Shown in pieces: positions 38,983 to 51,063 of a stretch of DNA of 64,000 nt; the first letter of the stretch is position 1, and each line of letters begins with the position of its first letter. The notes under the pieces were generated by a model. It was not told the origin of the DNA. It saw nothing but the letters and a program-made list of their open reading frames with translations, and made no database searches. This DNA comes from the human T2T-CHM13v2.0 reference genome, Homo sapiens: the NCBI RefSeq assembly GCF_009914755.1, contig NC_060928.1; one strand, written 5' to 3'. Made by a program: the position numbers and the translations under genes.

Positions 38983-39116
38983 TGCTCTTGGGGTCTGGAG
39001 TGGAGGCATCTTTTGGACTCTGGTAGCACAGATGACTAGTTAACTACCAATACCTTAGTGACAGAGTCCCCCACTGGACGATTATATCTCTTTGCCTTCC
39101 TTGCCTCTTGTTGGCC
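38983..39116 (+). repeat. Local non-tandem duplication, copy 2 (paralog at 37779-37905)
   Basis: Same segment as copy 1, with a short extra stretch (agcacagat) and scattered substitutions. Confidence 0.95.
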
Positions 39117-39367
39117 TCTACCAGCTGGCTGTGCTGTATGATCTCGAATTCCTAAAGCTTCCATGTCAGGATCTAGCTTGGTCCCATGGAGAAATAACCA
39201 CCCTGAGACTAGGGAAGGAGGGTTGTTAACTAACTGAGCCCCCAACATCCCTAGTGGCACAGGCCTTTTTCTCCCTGGAAGATATTTGACAGAAATGGCT
39301 CTGGTTTCTCCGTCTCATTTCTGGGTTAAATCCCACTAGTCTCAGTTGCCCAGCCCAGGTCTTACTC

Positions 39368-39719
39368 TGTATTAGTCCATTTTCACACTGCTATAAAGAA
39401 CTACCTGAGACTGAGTCATTTATAAAGGAAAGAGGTTTAGTTGACTCACAGTTCCACATGGCTGGAGAGGTCTCAGGAAATTTACAATCATGGCGGAAGC
39501 CAAAAGGGAAGCAAGACACATCTTACATGGCAGTAGGAGGTAGGGGGGAGGTACTACACTTTTAAAACCATCAGATCTCATGAGAACTTACTATCAGGAG
39601 AACACCACGGGGGAAACCGCCCCCATGATCCAATCACCTCCCACCAGGTCCTCCCTTGACACGTGAAGATTACAATTCTAGGTGAGATTTGGGTGGGGAT
39701 GCAGAGCCAAACAGGATCA
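39368..39719 (-). mobile_element. THE1 (C/D-like) solo LTR
   Basis: tgtattagtccattttcacactgctataaagaactacctgagactg...gagccaaacaggatca; TSD tactc/cactc. Confidence 0.92.
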
Positions 39720-39799
39720 CACTCCTTCATGGAGCCTTGCCCAGTTTCTTTGGTTCACCTGGGTTTTTTCTGTTCTGATCGCCATGCCTCTCATTTCGA

Positions 39800-39915
39800 T
39801 GTCATTTGTTCATTTACTCTTTTATTCATTTAACTAAAAGGGCCTCCTCTGTGCGGGGCACTATGCCAGTCACTGGGGGTTAGAATGAGAGCAAACATAG
39901 ACATGGTCCCTATTG
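39800..39915 (-). mobile_element. L2 3' end
   Basis: catttgttcatt...ggcactatgccagtcactgggg...agacatggtccct. Confidence 0.55.
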
Positions 39916-41736
39916 ATCACATATCAATTATCTAGCAGATGTTTCCAGTTTGCAGTGCTTTGGCAGTCACCAAGTAGAATAAATGCAAGGCCACAGTTAG
40001 GTGACATACACAAAGCAGACAACACTAAACAGCTTTCAGCCACCATACTGCAAGCACTCATCTCATGCCAGCTTGGTGACAGCTGCAAAAAAAGCTTTCC
40101 CATGGGCCACAACCTGTTTCATGCTTTTAAGGCGGCAGACTGTGCATATCTGTGAGCTGCTGTTTTGTGGGTCTCCTGGGGCTGGAGCTGAGAGCAGGAC
40201 TGTCAGGAGGTTGCTGTGGGCAGTGGACTCTGAAGGGCAGCCCTGCTTTCTGAAAGATGGCTGCTGAGCACAAGTGTGGGAGAAGGAGAACTGTCACCCT
40301 ACAGAAAAGTGAGACTTAAGGTCTGGGGGACTAAAAGGCAGAGGGGACGGAGGTTTTGATTCTTTGAGTGAAAGCCCATGAGCCCACAGCAGGGTGGCAC
40401 AAAAGCCAACTAAAGAGTCACAGAAGAGCCTTAAATGGCACCATCCAAGGGGCAGAGAGGCTGTCCTTCTTCTTCTCCTGCGTGTGGGTGGGGGTGGGGC
40501 TGGGTCACACAGAGCCTGCCTTTCCCTGCTTGGCAAGCTCAAACATGCTCTTAACACAACTGGTCAACCAGTGCGCTCTGTTCCATGACCTCAAATACAA
40601 ATGCAATCAACTCTCCATTTTAACCTTGCTTTTTAATCTAGAATCCAAACGACCCCAAAGCCTGTTGTTCCTATCATCGACTGGTGTGACTAAGAGGCAG
40701 CTTCTATGTTATATCACAGGGCCAGCAGGATGTAGCCAGTCCCCCACATGGCTCACAAGTGCAGCACTGTATCCATGGGTAATTTACACGCAGGGCGATG
40801 TCCCTGGGCCCCTGCTGGATTCTGAGGTGTCGACAAACCAGCACAGGTGGGCCGTGTTCTGGAGCACTTTAACCTTGGGTGTATTTCACTGGAACTTGAT
40901 TCTCTGAAAATGGCACGGCGTCTCTGGCACCCAGTTAATTAGAATGTTGAAGCAACCAGACCAGCCCATGGTTGACCTTGCTGGGCCGGCTGTGTTTACT
41001 GAATGCATGTGGAGCACCCACTTTGTTATGATCTGTCTGTTTTTAATACCATCTGGCTTCTCCCTGCCACCCAGAACACTTTGGGCTTCTCCCACCCCTG
41101 TGCTGCAGGCTGCTCAGGGAACGTAAATTCATTTTTGAGATTAAGCAAAACATAATTAAGAGGGCAAATCTCTTAGAGGAAATAAAACCATAAACAGTGA
41201 TGCAGACCAGCCAAAATTACCTGCTGCTTTAACCACCTGTTTATCCGCCCTTTCACTGAGCGTGGTGAGTATTTTGGAGTTGACCTTCATGGCTCTGTGG
41301 CTCCGGAAGCTTCGACACGTGGTTTTGTTGGCAGATCTTCATTCCTGGTGTTTCACCAGGCTGTGAACTCTCAATTGCTGGGGACCAGAGCTTCAGTGGA
41401 CCTCACTCCAGCACATGCTCCACCCACACGCATGGGCCTGCCTTCACCGGGATGCGTAAGGCTTCCAAGGGAAATCACCAAGGTTCCTTGGGATCAGCAA
41501 TGTGATGCTGCGAGTCTGTGGGAGTAAAGATGAAGCAGCAGCGCCGGCTGGCAGGGTGTCTGCTGAGATTCTGTGTCCTCCAGGTGGCCCCAGGAAGGGA
41601 TGGAAGCTGTCCTCACCCAGAGAGCCTAGTGGAACAGCCACTGGTGACCTCCCAACCCTGTCTCCAGAATGATCCCCCAGCTTCTAACGCTTCACTACTG
41701 CCCCACTCCCCTCCTTCCCCACTCTCCTCCTGCACC

Positions 41737-42200
41737 TGTTATGGTTTGAATTGTGTGCTCCATCCCCAAACTAGAGATATGTTGAAATAGAGAAGCTCTT
41801 ACCCCAATTCCTCAGAATGTGACCTCATTTGGAAAGAGGGTTGTTGCCGATGTGGTCAGTTAGATGGAGTCATACTGGAGTAGGGGGAGCCCCTAATCCT
41901 AGATGACTGGTGTCCTTATATGTACACAGCCACGTGAACACAGACACACAGGGAGAACATGGCGGGAGGACGAAGGCAAAGACTGGAGTGACGAGGCTGC
42001 AAGCCTAGAAACCCCAAAGACTGCCAGCAAGCCCGCAGAAGCTAGGAAGAGTCAAGGAAGGACTCCCCTGTGGCTTTCAGAGGCGGCATGGCCCTGCCAG
42101 CACCTTGACCTAAGTCTCGAAGCCTCTGGAACTGTGGGAAAATATATTTCCTCTGTTTTAATCCATCCGATTTGCAGTACTGTGGCACAGCAGCTAATAG
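41737..42200 (+). mobile_element. MLT1B/C-like solo LTR
   Basis: tgttatggtttgaattgtgt...cagaatgtgacctcatttggaaagaggg...catggccctgccagcacctt. Confidence 0.88.
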
Positions 42201-43009
42201 GCAGGAAACCAACACACCCTCCTAGCTCATTAGGTTGCCCCAGAGGTTAGTTTATTGTGAAGCTTGTGAAGTGTAAGATTCGGATCCTTCCTTGTGCAGG
42301 CTCCTTCCAAAGCCCTGTACTTCATTTTGTGTTTGCAATTTTGTATGCTTTCTCTTAAAAAATGCTCCCCCCAACTGGGTAAGATTTGGACTCCCCAAAA
42401 CCCGGATCTGGATCCACAGTCCTTGCCCTGCTTGAGCTCCAGCCCAGGCCCCTCTGCCAGGGCACAGCAGAGCCAGAGCAGGGCTCTGGGAAGCCCCCTC
42501 AGGGCAGACCCACACGTTCCGCTTGGGTTCTGCGGCATCCCTGCTCTGTGGACAGTATCACCATCAGGAGGCCATGGGAAGAGAGCTCAGTGTTAGGTTG
42601 TTTTATCCATTTGTCAGGGAAAAGACTGAATTAGAAACCTTCCGGGGTCTCTTCCAGCCAAGTGCCTTGGGGATAACTGCATAGACTCACATTCTTTCAG
42701 AGTCCCAGTGAGAAGCTAAAGTTCCAGCCGGCAGCCTCTGTTTGAATAGAGCCAAAGAGCCTGATGTGATGAGAGCCAGAGCCCCGGGGAGGCCTGTCGT
42801 GGCTGCAGCGTGGCCACCCTTAGCCCAAGCTGCTCTGCTTCATGGCTTCCCCACTTCCAACCAGCACTCATCTTCATTCCCTACATTCAGATGGGCAGAG
42901 ATGGCAGAAATGCCTGCTCACCACCGCCATGTGCACACACGCACACACGGACACGTCGCTTGTCCCAGTGGGGCTTCGTTCTCATCCTGCTTTCCCACCT
43001 CCAGGCCAC

Positions 43010-43270
43010 TCCTAATTCAAACCAGTATCTCAAACACTTATGTGGCATTTAGTCTGTGCTAGGTGCTGTGGCGAACGGCACAAGGGTCCTGGGAACAGTG
43101 CATTCTCTAAAGAGGGAGACAGATGTGAAAGTAAATAGCCACACCGCATATAAATAACATGAAAGGATGTGGTGAAGGCCCAGTGTGTAAGCAACATGCT
43201 ATCTGACTTCTTGAGGAGCAATGAATTCGGATTTGGGTGGGGAGTGGGGAGGCTTTATGAAGGAGGCACT
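43010..43270 (-). mobile_element. L2 remnant
   Basis: caaacacttatgtggcattt...gtgctaggtgctgtgg...ggaggctttatgaaggagg. Confidence 0.45.
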
Positions 43271-44083
43271 GCTAAAAATCATGTGATAGATTGACAGGCC
43301 TGACCCATCAGGGACGAGCAAAGTTCCTGGAGGGCCCTGATAGGAATCCTCAGCAGCTGGGCTTGGGAAGGTCCAGGCACCTCACGAGGTAGGTCCAGGT
43401 GACTGGGACACGGGAGGGCTCCAGACAGCCGCTATTTGCCACACGGAACCAAAGCATTTCACTGTTTTAACAAGCGGTTCAGCTGGTCCGGAGTATCCCT
43501 GCTGGCTCTCAGCCCTAAAGTGGCGTGAGGGCTGGGCACGTCGACAGCACTTGATCCGCTCCTTCCCTCTGGAAATGCATTTCCTTCCATTACCAGAACA
43601 GCCTCTCACAGTTTGGCCTGCCTCTTCTCATGCTATGTCGAAACAAAGCCACCTGCCTCCCATGAAAGACGGCATTGTTTTTCCACCTGAGCCACCCACA
43701 CCTGGGCAGGTAGAACAGCGGGTCCCCACTCCAGGGAGCTCTCCCACTCGGGCCTGTCATGGCTCACACCCCGAGCAGCTGCTGTGCTTGCCCTGTGTGG
43801 AGGGTAGCAGGGTGCCTCCTGGGCAGCAGAATGGTGGGGTGCACTGGATAACGAGACAGTGGGTGTGGCTCCCATGAAATAAACAACCCCTGGGCATTGC
43901 ACATTCAGGCACAGTGCTGCAGTTTTCTTAAAGATGTAATTATCTCTGGGAAAGCTACTCTCCTCAGAGCTCACCGACCCTTGGGGGATAAAATGTTGAC
44001 AAAGGAAGAAATGTATGAGATTTTGTTTTGTTTTGTTTTTCTTTAGACAATTGAGCCACCCACAATCACAGTTATGTAAAAGT

Positions 44084-44527
<444 letters not shown>

Positions 44528-46399
44528 TCAAGGGCTGGTGTTGCTAGGGGTGTGGCCCTGTCTTTAAAATGCCTGTTAAGACATAGATTACCTGGGCAGA
44601 GCCTTTGAGATGAGTTTTTAAATTTAGTGGAGTGCCTCATCTGAGACCTTCAGGCAAGAGTGGAGCACAGAGGAAAGGGGGTATGTGGCATGGCATTCTG
44701 CGTGTGGGGGTGGGGAGGGGGAGAGAGAAATGCAGAGAGAGAAGGCACCAGCCACAAGGCTTGTCGATGAGAGGTGGCCTGAAGACCCTGGGCCCCTCAG
44801 GGCTGGCACTCCTGCAGCTCTTGTTGTCTCTGCCCTGCCACAGAGCACATATGCTCACACCTACAACTTCTCCACTCTGACATCAGCAAAGGGACAGCAA
44901 GTTTTATGCTTCAGGTTGTTTTCTTGCCTCCAGTCCTGAAAAGCAAACCTGTAGGTGCTGGACCCACAGAGCACCTCTGAGCCATCCTGTCTGCACCTCC
45001 AGGTGCCTGCATGTCCCCGCAGGCCCAGGACTCCTCTGTGCTGGCTGGGCAACTCTTGCTCACTTCCGTTTCTCACAGCCTCCTCTTCCCCCTTTCTCCC
45101 GTCTTTGTCATTTTTAATCGTCTCACTTTCCTGTCCACCTTCTCACAGTGTCTTTCTCAAGAGAGAAGCAAACTGCGGGTCAAAGTGCACCACCAGCCAC
45201 CAACAGCTAGCTTCCGGATCAAGTAGGATGGAAATGGTTTATTCCTCCAAAGACTCTTAAAAGAGCAGCCCCTGCTGCAGAATAGAAAGAGGCTCCAGAG
45301 GAGCAGTGAGCTCGAGGAACCCCCCTGAAGATCCCCAGTTTCTGTATGCAGCTGCATCAGGCCCAGACAAATTCTTCCATCTGGAGCGTGTCCCCGCAGA
45401 TCTTCCCAGCCGCGGCTGTGGTCCGCGTTATCTCAGGCTGTCAGGTCTCAGAAATTAGAAACCATCTCATTTCATCAGGGTCATCCCACACCGTCTGCCA
45501 CCATAGATGGAGAGGATTTCAAGTGATGTTTTCTGAAGATGGTTCTGTTGTCCCGGGAGAGCCCTTGGCGGACATGGTAGTGCCAGTCAGAGCCCTTGAC
45601 GCTGTGCAGCCAGGTGGCTTATTGTCCCAGTGACTTTCCAACCAGATACTCTCAGTCAGAGTGAAGGGCTCCACTTAGAAACTCCCTTTCCCATTAACTC
45701 GTCAGAGTTATGCCATTCCTCTTTATTCTTTTTAAAATATTTATACTCAAAGAAATTGTATGGGGAGTGAGCACACACCAATCATATAACTGTCAAATGA
45801 AAGCCTTTCCTTAAATGTTCAAGGGCGCCGGAGGAATAAATTTGGAGTCATGCAGATCTTGTTTCACGAGTGTGTACATGTGTATGAAACTTTATGTGGG
45901 TGGAAAACCAACAAGAGAAAAAAGAGAGCAGAAACTGTTGTGTGATTGCGTTTTCCTGCCCGAGACATCCTGTGCTCTGCATCTGATAACCTGCCACCAG
46001 TGAGTATTTTTTATGGGTTTTGGAGAACCCATTATGTGCACCACATTGGCATGATTTGGGATTTTAAGACATGGTCCTTCTCCTCAAGAAGCATATGATC
46101 TTTGGGGGAAAATAGAAAAGTTACATGTGTGATTCACTATGGAGCCCCCTCCCCAGCGCACCCCCTAAGTAAAGTTGATGTATGCAGTGCTCGGTGAGGT
46201 GTTCTGAAGGGAAGTTTAGAGGGGGAAGAGTGGTGTGGGCTCAGGTTCCAGGAGAAGGCTCCATGGGTGGGTGCTCCAGGTCATTTGGGGAAACAGCAGG
46301 TGCCAAGGCACAGAGGCAGGAAAAATGAACACGGGCGGAGGCTTGGAGGGGCTGCAACTGTGCTGTCATTCTACTCCTTGGTTCAGGAAAAGATCAGGG

Positions 46400-46677
46400 G
46401 GCCAGGCAAGATGGCTTACACCTGTAATCCTAGCACTTTGGGAGGCCAAGGCAGGAGGATCGCCTGAACCCAGGAGTTTGAGACCAGCCTGGGTAACAAG
46501 GCAAAATCTCATCTCTACAAAATTACAAAAATTAGCTGGGTGTGGTGGCACACACTTGGGGAAGCTGAGGTGGGAGGATCACTTGAGCTTGGGAGGTCAA
46601 GACTGCAGCGAGCTGTAATTGTGCCACTACACTCCAGCCTGGGTGACAGAGTGAGAGTCTGTCTCAAAAAAATAAAA
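46400..46677 (+). mobile_element. AluJ with small internal deletion
   Basis: Dimer lacking cctgtagtcccagct in the right arm. Confidence 0.94.
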
Positions 46678-47403
46678 TGTAATTTAAAAGATTAGGGCCT
46701 TTGATTCCTGAAAACTCTGATTGGAGACCATCAGCAGGTCACTTATTCTTGAAGCCTCAGTGTCTCATGAGCAGAAGGCTAAGAGGTGAGAGTCCAAACA
46801 TGTGACCAACAGTAGCAGCACGGGCACCACCCAGTAAGATCTGATACTGGCTGAGGTCCCTGTTTGGGCCTTGTATTAACCTTTTAGCTGCAGTGTCATG
46901 AGGAGATGGCAGTACAGAGTGGCAGGGGGTGCCTGGGGCTCAGGGTGGCAGCTTTTACAGAAGCATCTTGTTATTTTAGCAGCCAGTACAAATGTACTGG
47001 TGTGTGCCAGGAGAATGTCAGCCCTGGTAATCATGATACTTGTTCTGCTGACCTTATATGGCTGTGGTAAAGATCAAATATCATAATGAACATGGCAGCA
47101 CTTTGTAAAGTGTCACAGGCTATGCAAATACGAATTGTTGCTAATCCTGTCATTACAGGGTGGTATGTTACAGTGTGGTATGCTGGGTAGAAAACAGAAA
47201 TGCAAGCCTATAAAATAATAATGTAACCAGAAAGAGAGAGATTGTTGGGACCATTTATAATTGGATATTGCTTATTTTATTTAAAAAATATATCATTTAA
47301 CATAAAGTGCTAAATATTAAAAACTTCTAATATGTCACATTCACAGCAAGATTATAAACCCAAGAGCAAGAATTTGTGACTTACTGCACTTTGTATCCTT
47401 TAG

Positions 47404-47603
47404 AGCAGAGGTTCTCAAACTCAAGACTCTTCACACTTTTATTTTTTAAGAGACAGGCTGGAGCGCAGCAATGTGATCACAGCTGACTGCAGCCGGGAAC
47501 TCCTGGGCTCAACAATCTTCCCACCTGAGCCCCTTGAGTAGCTGGGACTACAGGTGCATGCCACCGTGCCCAGCTAAAGTCTTCACACTCTTAACAAATT
47601 ATT
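47404..47603 (+). mobile_element. Charlie1-like hAT, 5' end (interrupted by an Alu monomer)
   Basis: cagaggttctcaaact...cttcacactcttaacaaattatt; resumes at ~52651. Confidence 0.65.
47437..47577 (-). mobile_element. Alu right monomer (FRAM/AluJ-like)
   Basis: Reverse right arm; TSD tcttcacact on both sides. Confidence 0.9.
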
Positions 47604-48137
47604 AATGAGTCTTCTCCTTTGGGAAGATAGATTAGACAAAATTCCATATTCCTCCCACTATGTACAGCTAAAAACTCTGGACATTCTGTGTGAAACAAAC
47701 ATAAGAAAACTCTGAAAGGTGAACAGAAGGTGCCAGATTGGCTAGGAACCGCAGGACCCAAGGAGTCACACAGTGGTAAGTTCCTGGGTTCATTTTTTGT
47801 CCCGTATATTCCAGACTTGGAGCTGAAGAAGCAGGCAACCTGGAAATATCAATGGGCACAGACCAGAAAAGCCCCAACAAAAACCTCCTCTCTCCAGCCA
47901 GAAGCCCAGGAAAGGGGTAGCAAAACAAGACGGAAAACTTGTAGACAATAATCACCCTAGGCCAGCCAAAACCCATGACCACACCCAAACCCAGGCTAGC
48001 AGAGGCAGGTGGGGAGCCTAGGCCTGTACTCTCATGAGGCTGTAACGAGGCTCCTCAGCACCCTCAGCGGGCTACTGTCGGAGAAGGCCACAAAGGGAGC
48101 CAGGATATCATCTCTGCCAGCCTCTGAGTCTCTCTTT

Positions 48138-48601
48138 CACACACACACACATGCACCACACATATACACACACATACACACATACACACATATACACACG
48201 TATACACACCACACTTACACACACGTGCACACACACATACACCTACACTACACATATACACACATACAAACACACCACACACATACACACCACACACATA
48301 CACACATCACACACAACACACATACACACAACACACATGCACACATATACACACACATATACACACACGTGTACACCACATACACACGTAAACACACCAG
48401 ACACAGCTACATACACATATACATACACATACATACACATACGCACACAAAACACATATACACACATACACAGACACATACACATATGCACACACATACA
48501 CACATCATATACACATACACATACCACACACACATATGCACATACACACATGTGCACCAGACACACATATATACACACAGACACACACAAATACACTCAC
48601 A

Positions 48602-48631
<30 letters not shown>
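48138..48631. repeat. ~490 bp degenerate (CA/TA)n low-complexity tract
   Basis: Directly visible; a short continuation lies at 51024-51063. Confidence 0.97.
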
Positions 48632-48634
<3 letters not shown>

Positions 48635-51023
48635 GTTGGTCCATTTGTGCTGCTGTAAAGAAAGAAACACCTGAGGCTGAGTAATTTCTAAAGAAAAGAG
48701 ATCTATTTTGGCTCATGGTTCTGCAGACTGTACAGGAAGCATAGTGCTGGCATCTGCTTCTGGTGAGGGCCCCACAAAGCTTCCAGTCATGGCAGAATGT
48801 GAAGGAGGACCAGCATACCACACGGCAAGAGCAGGAGCAAGAGAGAGAGGAATAAGTTCCAGATTCTTTTAAGCAAGCAGATTTTGTGTGAACTCACAGA
48901 GGGAGAACTCACTCATTACCTCAAGGACAGCACCAAGCCATTCATGAGGGATCTGCCCCAATCACCCATGCACCTCCCACCAGGCCCCGCCTCCAACATT
49001 GGGGATTACATTTCAACATGACATTTGGAGAGCACAAACATCCAAACAATATCATTCCACCCCTGGCCCCCAAATCTCATGTCCTTCTCACGTTGCAAAA
49101 CCATCAGCCTTCCTCAAGAGTTCCCAAAAGTCTTAACTTGTTTCAGCATCAGATCAAAAGTCCCATGTCGAAAGTTCTGACTCTCATCTGAGATTCAAGG
49201 CATGTTCCTTTAAGCCTGTAAGAGCTTGTAGGATCAAAACAAGTTATTTACTTCAAAGATACAATGGTGGCACAGGCATTGGGTAAGCATTTCTGTTCCA
49301 AAAGGGAGAAGTCAGCCAAAAGAAAGGGGAAACAGGCTCCACACAAGACCAAAATCCAGCAGGGCAGACGTTAAACTTTAAAGCTTCAACAAAATCCTTG
49401 ACTCCATGTTCCACATCTAGGGCACACTGATGTAAGGGGTGGGCTCACAAGGCCTGGCAGCTCTGTCCCTGTTTATTTGCAGGGTGAAGCCCCTGTGGGT
49501 GCTCTCATGGGTTGGAGTTGAGTTCCTGTGGCTCTTCCAGGCTCAGGGTGCAAGAGCCCCCAGCTGTGTGGGGTCTCCAACCCCACATTTTCCCTTGGCA
49601 TTGCTCTAGTAGAGGCTGTCTGCAGGGGCGTGGCAGTGTGGCAGTCTTCTGCCTGGGCACCCAGGCTTTCTCATGTGTCCTCTTAAATCTAGGTGGAAGC
49701 TGCCAAGCCTCCTTCACTCTTGCATTCTGTGCACCTGCAGGCTTAACAGTGTGTGGTAGCTGCCACTTATGGCTTGTGTCCTCTGAAGTTGTGGCTTGAG
49801 TTGTACCAGGGGCCCTTTGAGCCATGACTGGAGCTGTAGCAGTGAGGATGCAGGGAGCTGTGTCCTGAGGCTGCACAAGGAAGTGGGACCCTGGGCCTGG
49901 CCACAGAAACCATTCTTCCTTCTGGGCCTGTGATGGGAGGGGCTGTCCCAAAGACTTCTGAAATGCCTTTGAAGCCTTTTCCTCATTGTCTTGGCTATTA
50001 GCACTTAGCTCCCTTTTAGTCATGCAAATCTCTCTAGGAAGTGATTACTCCACAGCCCACTTGTGTTTCTCACCCCGAAATGCTCTTTCCTTCTCTATCA
50101 CATGGCCTGTTTTGAATTTTCCAAACTTTTAAGCTCTGCTTTCTTTTTAAATATAAATTCCAAACTTTAATCATTCGTTTGCTCCTGTATCTGATCACAG
50201 GTTGTTAGAAGCAGCCACGCCACTTCTTGAATGCTTTTCTGCTTAGAAATTCCCTCCACCAGATGCCCTAGGTCTTCACTCTTAAGTTCAGCCTTCCACA
50301 GATCCCTAGGACATGGACACACATAGCCAAGTTCTTTGCTAAGGTATAACATAGGTGACCTTAGCTCTAGTTCCCAATAACTACCTCATTTCCGTCCAAA
50401 ACCTCATCAGCCTGGCTTTCGCTGCCCATATTTCTATCAGCATTTTGGTCCCAGCCACTTAACAAGTCTCTAAGAAGTGCCAAACTTTCCCTCATCTTCC
50501 TGTCTTCTGAGCCCTCCAAACTCTTCCAACCTCAGCCCATTACCCAGCTCCAAAGCTGCTCTCACATTTTCAGGTCTCTTTATAGCAACACCCCACTCCT
50601 TGGTACCAATTTTCCGTGTTAGTCTGTTCCTGTAGAGGAATCCCTGAAGCTGGGTAACTTATAAAGAAAAGAGGTTTATTTGGCTCATGGTTTCACAGGC
50701 TGTACATGAAACATAGTGCCAGCATCTGCCTCTGGTGAGGGCCTCAGGAATCTTACAACCATGGCAGAAGGCAAAGGGGAAGCAGGCATGTCATATGGTG
50801 AGAGAGGGAGCAGGAGTGAGAGCAGGGAGGTATCACACTCTTTTACAACCAGACCTCACATGAAGTCATAGAGAGAGAACTCAATCACTACCTCGAGGAG
50901 GGCACCAATCCCTTCAAGAGGGATCTGCCCCTATAACCCAAACAACTCCCACTATGCCCACCTCCAACGTTGGAGGTCACATTTCAACATATTTGGAGGG
51001 GACAAGACATTCAAACAATATCA
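48632..51023 (-). mobile_element. Full-length MaLR provirus, MSTB-like (LTR ~48632-49054, internal 49055-50614, LTR 50615-51023)
   Basis: Two LTRs ending caaacaatatca flank an internal region homologous to 31797-33404; cacac on both sides. Confidence 0.93.
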
Positions 51024-51031
51024 CACACCAT

Positions 51032-51063
<32 letters not shown>

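Noticed and set aside
47153-47182. 15-bp near-duplication (similar 12-bp case at ~21005-21028)
   Set aside because: Too short to distinguish from ordinary slippage background.
48009-48684. 221-aa His/Thr-rich ORF and overlapping Val/Cys-rich ORFs
   Set aside because: Products of the CA/TA repeat, which lacks stop codons in several frames.
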